A DNA stretch of 33,989 nt from Candidatus Iainarchaeum sp. (GTDB lineage: Archaea; Iainarchaeota; Iainarchaeia; JAGGVJ01): the NCBI GenBank assembly GCA_021158055.1, contig JAGGVJ010000010.1, forward strand, positions 1 through 33,989, in the 5' to 3' direction. Position numbers and translations under genes: made by a program. Positions 28,350 through 33,989 of the stretch are shown here, piece after piece. Each line of letters opens with the position of its first letter. Positions within the stretch are counted from its first letter, which is position 1. The notes under the pieces are model-generated. The model was not told where the DNA came from and made no database searches. It saw only the letters and a program-made list of their open reading frames with translations.

Positions 28350-29648
28350 GTGAAATTAATTGTCTTGCAGGTCGGGCTTGGAAGCTTTGGAAAAAAAGCG
28401 CTTGAAAAATGGTGCGAGCTGGACGGCCAGGTAATAGAAAACACAAAAATAGAGTTTTTAGGGGCGTGCGACAAAAACGAATACTCAAGAGAAAAAGCGC
28501 TCAACATATGCAATGATAAAAACGTGTTTCCCGCGCTGTTTTCAACAAGAAAAGCAATGTTTGAGCACATTGCAAAAACCAGAAAAAAATATGACCTTGT
28601 TCTGGTCTACGACGCAAGTTCCTCAAGCGACCACGCAAGGCACATTCAAGAATGCATAAAACTCGGGTTTTTCTGCCTTGTCGAATCACCCCCCTATACA
28701 AGTTTCAGTGAAGAAAAACAGGTAATGGATCTAATTCACTTTGTTCACGTGTCAAACGAAAACAATTTTTACAACAAGTGGCTTTGCTGCCAGACAGAAT
28801 CGGAAAACCCCGTCGTTCTAACGGTCTTGGATCTTTTGAAAAAGGAAAACCAAAAAATAAAAAGCATAGAAACCTGCCGGTTTTCTTCAATCGGGCTTGA
28901 AAAATCAGCTGCACCATTGTTTCGCGAGGGAGTGACCGGCGGAGACCTGCTTGACCTTTTGCCTGAAGAATCATACATCCTGAGGTTTTTTACCGACAAC
29001 CCTGCAAAACTGGACATCTTTCTTGAAAACGCCAAATCAGACTATTTAATGGTCTCAAACACGCAAGACCAACCCAGCCTGATGAACTGTTCAGGACAGG
29101 AAATCACAAGGGCAAACATGAAAGAAAACCCACCCGCAAGCGCGCAGACAAAAGTAATGCTGAAAATCAACAACACACCCGTAACGCTTAACTCCGGGTG
29201 GCTTGGACTGCCAAAAGAAATAAAGGAAAAAACAGAGTCAATCGGCAGGCAGGCAAAACACAACTTTATTTCCTCAGGCAAGACGGCAATGTACCTTGAA
29301 GAACCCGTGCTTAAAGGAATCCGCCTGCTCCACATAAAACTTGAAAAAAGCGAACTCATCGGCGACTTGACCCACAACGCTCTTTTTTCAAGGCACGGTA
29401 AAAGCTGGACAAAGAAAAAACTGGTGAAAACTGAAGGCGACGGGCTTTCAAGAGTATTTTCAAAAACCGTCTCGCACATCCTCGGCAAAGGAAAACCAAG
29501 CACAAGCAGGATTGAAACCGAGCACTTCATGCACCAGATCCTCCTGGCAAAAAAAATGATTTTCTTGAAAAAAATGTACTCAGACCCGAAATATGAAGCA
29601 AACAAAACAATTGAAAAAATAAAGCGGGAAATCAACCCAGGCAACTGA
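28350..29648 (+). CDS. Divergent Gfo/Idh/MocA-like oxidoreductase
   Basis: N-terminal Rossmann QVGLGSFG; LVYDAS..H..LVESP (EKP-like motif); GGDLLD; start set to GTG 28350. Confidence 0.6.
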   Translation: MKLIVLQVGLGSFGKKALEKWCELDGQVIENTKIEFLGACDKNEYSREKALNICNDKNVFPALFSTRKAMFEHIAKTRKKYDLVLVYDASSSSDHARHIQECIKLGFFCLVESPPYTSFSEEKQVMDLIHFVHVSNENNFYNKWLCCQTESENPVVLTVLDLLKKENQKIKSIETCRFSSIGLEKSAAPLFREGVTGGDLLDLLPEESYILRFFTDNPAKLDIFLENAKSDYLMVSNTQDQPSLMNCSGQEITRANMKENPPASAQTKVMLKINNTPVTLNSGWLGLPKEIKEKTESIGRQAKHNFISSGKTAMYLEEPVLKGIRLLHIKLEKSELIGDLTHNALFSRHGKSWTKKKLVKTEGDGLSRVFSKTVSHILGKGKPSTSRIETEHFMHQILLAKKMIFLKKMYSDPKYEANKTIEKIKREINPGN

Positions 29649-30110
29649 TTGCAAAAACAGATCCTATTCCTGGTTAAACACCACACGCAATTTAATTACA
29701 TTGCCCACAGTGCTTCTTTTATATTATAAAAAAACTTATAGTACTTCCAAAAATTTTTTAATAATCATTTAAATAAATTCCAGCAGTAAATAATGCATCA
29801 TTCTCTATTCTCAAATTCTTCAACGCCCTTGTCTGCTTCAAAGACACAACCCCGAGCCGGCACTCTAAAAGCCACCAAAGAGACCTTACTCTTCAAAAGA
29901 AAAAACACTACAATAACTCAAAAAACTCAATTCCCACCCCTAACCCCTATCAAACAAATTTTATCACCCCCATTGCATTCACCTGGATTTACCCGCATGA
30001 ACTGCAAACCAATAACAACAATAACACATAAAAAATCATAAAAAAATAAACAAAGACTGTAAAAAGTAAACAAACAGTCAAAACTATTTCACGCACACTT
30101 TAACAACGCA

Positions 30111-30180
30111 GCAGTGTGTCAAAGGCACCTTATTGGGTTCGAGTCCCAAAACTGCAATCAGCTTTGCAGACCGGCAAAGC
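30111..30180 (+). ncRNA. tRNA-like element copy 1 plus downstream hairpin
   Basis: GCAGT/ACTGC stem, GTGTC-AAA-GGCAC arm, TTGGG-TTCGAGT-CCCAA T arm, then GCTTTGC-AGACCG-GCAAAGC. Confidence 0.7.
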
Positions 30181-30286
30181 ACGTACTGACCCCTAAACTC
30201 GGATGAGCATAAGGGAAACACCACATTGGGGCTGCTTAATAACCAAGCAGAGGTAAATCCAACAAAAATAATGGAAGGCAATAAGA

Positions 30287-30484
30287 ATGAGCGAAGAAAT
30301 TCCAGAAAAAGAAGATGAACAATTTACATTGACAGACATAGACACGGGCGAAAGCGTAGTTTGTACTGTGCCGATGCTGTTAGGGATAGGCCCCGAAAAA
30401 AATAAGTTCGGAGCACCTAAGAAACCATTGACAAAAAAACAAAAATTAGTTTCTCTGCTGAGGAAATTAATCAAAAAAATATAA
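30287..30484 (+). CDS. Small hypothetical protein (cassette 1)
   Basis: 65 aa with GGAAGG upstream; acidic N-terminus and basic amphipathic C-terminus; lies between tRNA-like copies 1 and 2. Confidence 0.55.
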   Translation: MSEEIPEKEDEQFTLTDIDTGESVVCTVPMLLGIGPEKNKFGAPKKPLTKKQKLVSLLRKLIKKI

Positions 30485-30590
30485 ATATAGTGGATTTTCT
30501 GCTTAATGCACCTTGATTTTTGGGGCGAATAGCAGAAAATTTCATATTTTTTAGCCACCAATCAGAGAAATGTCAAAAACCAACAAAAAA

Positions 30591-30662
30591 GCAGTTGCAC
30601 AAACTGGTGCTTTTCTCAGGTTCAAACCCTGAAACTGCGATCGCTTTGCAAACCGGCAAAGC
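30591..30662 (+). ncRNA. tRNA-like element copy 2 plus downstream hairpin
   Basis: GCAGTT/AACTGC, GCAC-AAACTG-GTGC, TCAGG-TTCAAAC-CCTGA, then GCTTTGC-AAACCG-GCAAAGC. Confidence 0.75.
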
Positions 30663-30890
30663 AACTAGTCAGAATAACAGAACAGAATACAACATTATGG
30701 AAAATAACATGATTAAATTGTATTGTTTTGTTTATTTTCATTTATCAAACTGTTTACTACTATTTATTGTTTGCTTATTGTTTATTTACTAACTGTTTAT
30801 TATTTGTTTATTTTTGTTTACTAAATATTTATTACCTGCTTAATTACTTACTGCCCTGAATACACAAACCGAAAAAATGAATCTTTTTTG

Positions 30891-30905
30891 CGAAAGGTTT
30901 ATATA
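30891..30905 (+). promoter_or_regulatory. Consensus-like archaeal BRE + TATA promoter
   Basis: CGAAAGG followed by TTTATATA. Confidence 0.6.
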
Positions 30906-31334
30906 GTTTGTTTGCAATAAATATTGTATCTTTTCTATTCTCTCATTCTTCAAACATTTGTCCATGTTCACGGACACACCAACAGACATAGCAGTCTTAA
31001 AATGCTAAAAACGAGATTCAACTCGCCAAAACACTTACTCATTATCCTCACTACTCACTTACCCTACTCATTATCCTCACTACTTACTATTACACTAGTA
31101 TCACACCATTACACTTTCAATTTTTGATTTTTAAATCTTAAAAAATCACATCTGAACTAATTCTTCTTCAGATTAAAGCAGTTTTCCCTGCACACCCCTT
31201 TTTCTTAAACAATTCCTTAATGTTCACTGCAAAGAACAAAGAACTAAACGCAGTAAACATTCCATTGGTTGATCCGAAAAAACAACCATAATTCAATCAC
31301 TTCTACTTATATGATACATAACAATAAACTTCTT

Positions 31335-31523
31335 CTAAAATGAAAGGACCCCCATCATACGGAACCCACTTTTTAACTCAATTGGGTCCTTTCGCTTCCC
31401 GTCACGTTTACCCCTGGACAGGATAAAAACAAACTCTTTTTTAAAAACAATTACAGAGCACTCATCAGGCGCATTGGATAAAACGCCCAAAACTCTTTTT
31501 AGGTAAACCCGCTCTTCCTCCAT
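31335..31523 (-). CDS. Possible small hypothetical protein
   Basis: 62 aa ORF with GTGAT SD-like motif just upstream; no recognised family. Confidence 0.35.
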   Translation of the reverse strand: MEEERVYLKRVLGVLSNAPDECSVIVFKKEFVFILSRGKRDGKRKDPIELKSGFRMMGVLSF

Positions 31524-31726
31524 CCATCACGTCAGCAAATCACAAAAACGCTGATAAAAACACATACTATGTAAAAAATTATGTAGTAAAAAATTCCGGT
31601 TAACCACAATTGGAAACAAAACTAATCGGTTACAAATACCAACATAGCTGTTTAGGCGTTCCCTAACATCTTCTGAGTACCCGCTCAAACCACCAAAATT
31701 ATTTGGTGCTACATCAAATCAAACAA

Positions 31727-31818
31727 GCAACTCTGCATACACAGGGTATACTAAGCGAAAGCTTAACAGGGTTCAAATCCCGCAGTTGCAATCGCTTTAC
31801 CAAAGCAACCGGCAAAGC
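31727..31818 (+). ncRNA. tRNA-like element copy 3 plus downstream hairpin
   Basis: GCAACT/AGTTGC, ATAC-ACAGG-GTAT, TAAGC-GAAA-GCTTA, GGG-TTCAAAT-CCC, then GCTTTACC..GGCAAAGC. Confidence 0.75.
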
Positions 31819-31843
31819 AACAAAAACATGGGAGTGGAACAAC

Positions 31844-32161
31844 ATGCACAACAACACAACACCAGAAAACAAAGAACTTCAAAAGGCGGAAAAAACGCCA
31901 AGAGAGACATATAAGGCATGGCAAAAATGGCAAAAGTACTTTAAGGAAAAACTGTACAGGCAACCCGCATCGTCACACGAAGACTATTACAATCTGGCGA
32001 TACTTACTGCAAGGTCACCGCAACAGGCGATTGCAATGATCAGGAAAGCGCAGAGGATTGATCCAAGTAGTATGGGAATCGACCTCGCAGAGGATTTCAG
32101 GTTGCTGTACAATAGGACGGAACACGACTATGAAAGGCAACACATCTCTGCTTTACGGTAG
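31844..32161 (+). CDS. Small hypothetical protein with one TPR-like motif
   Basis: ATG 31844 behind GGAGTG; YYNLAIL..AIAMIRKAQRIDP resembles a TPR repeat. Confidence 0.65.
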   Translation: MHNNTTPENKELQKAEKTPRETYKAWQKWQKYFKEKLYRQPASSHEDYYNLAILTARSPQQAIAMIRKAQRIDPSSMGIDLAEDFRLLYNRTEHDYERQHISALR

Positions 32162-32166
32162 TGAAT

Positions 32167-32186
32167 TGGCTTCTTTTTTTACGCCA
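32167..32186 (+). terminator. Repeated U-loop stem-loop after stop codon (copy A)
   Basis: TGGC-TTCTTTTTTTAC-GCCA, 5 nt after the stop. Confidence 0.6.
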
Positions 32187-32208
32187 CCCGCCCCCGTGAA
32201 ACACAGCA

Positions 32209-32297
32209 GTGGCAAGAAACGCAATTACTGCGTTGTCTTAGCGAGCATCAAAACCGCAGCCGCCAATTACTTTGCCAAAAAAACCAAGGCAAGGTAA
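32209..32297 (+). ncRNA. Degenerate tRNA-like element copy 4 plus downstream hairpin
   Basis: GTGGC/GCCGC stem, AACGCA-ATTAC-TGCGTT arm, ATCAAAACCGC T-arm remnant, then TTACTTTGCC..GGCAAGGTAA. Confidence 0.55.
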
Positions 32298-32337
32298 AAA
32301 AAGCATATTAGAGATAAAAACAAAGGAGTTGAAAACT

Positions 32338-32943
32338 ATGAAATTAATAACATTCGTGGTGCTTGGCATGATCATCATGATAAGTGTAGTCAGCGTAGGA
32401 GCTTACGCGTTTGTAAAATCCGCTGACTTTGGATACATCTCCGGAACCACCGAAGACTACTCTGTGGCTAAAGAGGATTTTCGACTGGAAGTCAATGGTG
32501 AAATCGCCACCATCCAGGACGGCAAACTTGCCTCACCCGGAGATACATTTGTAGTTCCCATCAAGGGAAAGTACAAGACAAGCGGAACGGTCAAAATCAC
32601 CAACACCGAAAATAACAAAGGGATTATCATATATAATCTCGGAGTTGGCACAGGTGATTATGCTAAAGCCAGCACCAAGTGGTCATTTAACAGGAATAGT
32701 GGGTGGTTTTCGTGGAGATCACCTGATTCCCTAATATTTGGGAAGGGAACTGGACTACATGTGTTAAGCGGAAGCCCGGAGATGAACGCAGCTCTTGAGT
32801 CAATCAGGGTCGGAGATGAAATCGTGATAAGCGGCTATGACGGAGAAAAAATAATTCTCTACGAAAACGGGAAAAAGCTCACGCGTGGCCTCAAAGGATG
32901 CCATTACGTAGTGGTCACAGACCTGAAAATAAAGAAAAAATAA
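32338..32943 (+). CDS. Hypothetical secreted/membrane-anchored protein
   Basis: ATG 32338 behind AAGGAG; N-terminal hydrophobic segment; IRVGDEIVISG suggests an OB-like strand. Confidence 0.75.
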   Translation: MKLITFVVLGMIIMISVVSVGAYAFVKSADFGYISGTTEDYSVAKEDFRLEVNGEIATIQDGKLASPGDTFVVPIKGKYKTSGTVKITNTENNKGIIIYNLGVGTGDYAKASTKWSFNRNSGWFSWRSPDSLIFGKGTGLHVLSGSPEMNAALESIRVGDEIVISGYDGEKIILYENGKKLTRGLKGCHYVVVTDLKIKKK

Positions 32944-32949
32944 AATTCA

Positions 32950-32973
32950 GTCGGCTTCTTTTTTTACGCCGAC
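32950..32973 (+). terminator. Repeated U-loop stem-loop after stop codon (copy B)
   Basis: GTCGGC-TTCTTTTTTTAC-GCCGAC. Confidence 0.6.
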
Positions 32974-32992
32974 CTATTTCTTTGCAGGAGTA

Positions 32993-33091
32993 GCATCTGA
33001 GCGCTGGACGGAGCGCAGGCACTGAAAAAAGTGTTCAACCGGCTCAAAACCGGCAGTTGCCATAGCTTTGCCAAAAAAGCAACGGCAAAGT
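32993..33091 (+). ncRNA. tRNA-like element copy 5 (cloverleaf-like) plus downstream hairpin
   Basis: GCATCTG/CAGTTGC (one T-T), GCGCT-GGACGG-AGCGC, GCACT-GAAAAA-AGTGT, CCGG-CTCAAAA-CCGG, then GCTTTGCC..GGCAAAGT. Confidence 0.72.
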
Positions 33092-33113
33092 GAACAACCA
33101 GGAGTGAAACAAC

Positions 33114-33545
33114 ATGCACAACACAACACAAGAAACCGAAGAACTTCAACAAATCGAAATGGAACTCTTTGGAACAACCCAAAGAACCGAACGATTCATA
33201 GAAGAAACCGCAGCATCCAACAGCAAGAGCACAACAGGCACCCTGACAGCGGAAAACATACTTTCCTTCCTCAGAACCAAGGATACCGCAACATTGTTCA
33301 AAACACTAAGATCAGTGTCGTCACCAGGATGTATGTGCGACACCCCTAAGTTAACAGAACAACTATGCAAAGCAATCACTTTGAGATTGTTCAACGGCAA
33401 CCCGAGGATTTCCGAAAGCATGACAAACATGCTCATAATCGGAAAACACAGGTACGCATGGTCATTCACTGAACTTGTGAACGTTTTCAAGTTCAACGAA
33501 GAATGCATCAGCCTGATTGAACGCACTGCACAGCAAACCACCTAA
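33114..33545 (+). CDS. Hypothetical protein
   Basis: ATG behind GGAGTG; N-terminus shared with the 31844 ORF; no recognised family. Confidence 0.65.
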   Translation: MHNTTQETEELQQIEMELFGTTQRTERFIEETAASNSKSTTGTLTAENILSFLRTKDTATLFKTLRSVSSPGCMCDTPKLTEQLCKAITLRLFNGNPRISESMTNMLIIGKHRYAWSFTELVNVFKFNEECISLIERTAQQTT

Positions 33546-33553
33546 AGCATTGA

Positions 33554-33588
33554 CAGTAAATTGGCTTCTTTTTTTACGCCACTTACTG
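33554..33588 (+). terminator. Repeated U-loop stem-loop after stop codon (copy C)
   Basis: CAGTAA..TGGC-TTCTTTTTTTAC-GCCA..TTACTG. Confidence 0.6.
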
Positions 33589-33627
33589 CCGTGATTAACA
33601 AATCACAAATAAGGAATCACTTCCTTA

Positions 33628-33715
33628 GCAGTTGAACACGCACACCGGGTGCAACTAACTCCTCGGGTTCAAATCCCGCAACTGCAATCGCTTTGTCAAA
33701 AGCAACCGGCAAAGT
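33628..33715 (+). ncRNA. tRNA-like element copy 6 plus downstream hairpin
   Basis: GCAGTTG/CAACTGC, GCAC-ACCGG-GTGC, CGGG-TTCAAAT-CCCG, then GCTTTGTC..GGCAAAGT. Confidence 0.78.
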
Positions 33716-33811
33716 AAGAACAAGCAGGACAAGATACTGCTTGTAACACCTCAACTGCTCCAGCGAAAGCGGGAAGCGTTGAGTAGAACAACCTATAAGG
33801 AGAGAAACAAT

Positions 33812-33989
33812 ATGCCAGAAGGCAACACAAATGGAACGTCAGAAAATGACGAACACAGAACCCCTAGAAACTGGAAGAGAATAGGGAAAATAGGCACCGG
33901 ACTAGTAACAATAATTGCAGTCCTTGCCTTAATATCGTGGCTAAGAGATCCAATCCTAAGCTGGATAACAAACCACTGGCTGGTGACAG
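33812..33989 (+). CDS. Hypothetical membrane protein, truncated by window end (not in ORF track)
   Basis: AAGGAG SD, then MPEGNTNGTSENDEHRTPRNWKRIGKIGTGLVTIIAVLALISWLRDPILSWITNHWLVT, open to the end. Confidence 0.6.
   Translation, partial: MPEGNTNGTSENDEHRTPRNWKRIGKIGTGLVTIIAVLALISWLRDPILSWITNHWLVT

Noticed and set aside
29793-30041. ORF upstream of the array
   Set aside because: No SD, low-complexity A/C-rich sequence and no recognisable motif; more likely non-coding leader.
31703-33349. ORF-track starts at 31703 and 32272, and ORFs 30520-30792 and 33068-33349
   Set aside because: They run through the RNA-structure repeats. SD-supported ATGs lie downstream (31844, 32338, 33114); the others lack SD or coding character.
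30111-33715. Calling the repeats functional tRNA genes
   Set aside because: No conserved 7-nt anticodon loop, an 11-nt rather than 12-nt acceptor/T 3' strand, and several copies of only about 46-60 nt. The CTGAAAA in copy 5 is not framed by a correct anticodon stem.
30111-33715. attL/attR scars from repeated integration at a tRNA 3' end
   Set aside because: Scars would be near-identical 3' fragments. Here the 5' strands are present and covary with the 3' strands, the copies differ widely, and no integrase is in the window.
30111-33989. CRISPR array or classical integron attC array
   Set aside because: Spacing is about 480-1140 nt with genes between, the repeats are degenerate, and there are no cas genes, RYYYAAC..GTTRRRY boundaries or intI.

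Overview
Archaeal chromosomal window. The evidence is archaeal-type r-proteins, RpoE1/Spt4, aIF2-gamma, aIF5B, GGTGA-type Shine-Dalgarno motifs and TATA/BRE promoters; a DPANN-type lineage is plausible but not established. Bases 1-29.7 kb are mostly housekeeping: rsmA; a 7-gene group 4 membrane-bound [NiFe]-hydrogenase cluster whose small subunit appears to need a CTG start; purT; kae1; the conserved L7Ae-S28e-L24e-ndk-infB-S6e-eif2g-PIN-rpoE1-spt4-S24e-S27ae string with several insertions and tandem-repeat acidic tails; tRNA-Gly(CCC); gltX; class II HMG-CoA reductase; and several hypothetical proteins. The most unusual part is about 30.1-34 kb, an array of six diverged tRNA-like elements on the + strand. 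The five clear copies have an acceptor-like stem with compensatory changes, a GG-containing D-like loop and a T-loop, but no conserved anticodon arm. Each copy is followed 3-4 nt later by a conserved GCTTTGC(C)..(G)GCAAAGC hairpin. Five of the six then lead to a ribosome-binding site and an unrelated small ORF, and the complete ORFs end in a second repeated stem-loop (GGC-TTCTTTTTTTAC-GCC; one diverged copy). This looks like a cassette array punctuated by tRNA mimics that runs off the window end; its function is inference only.
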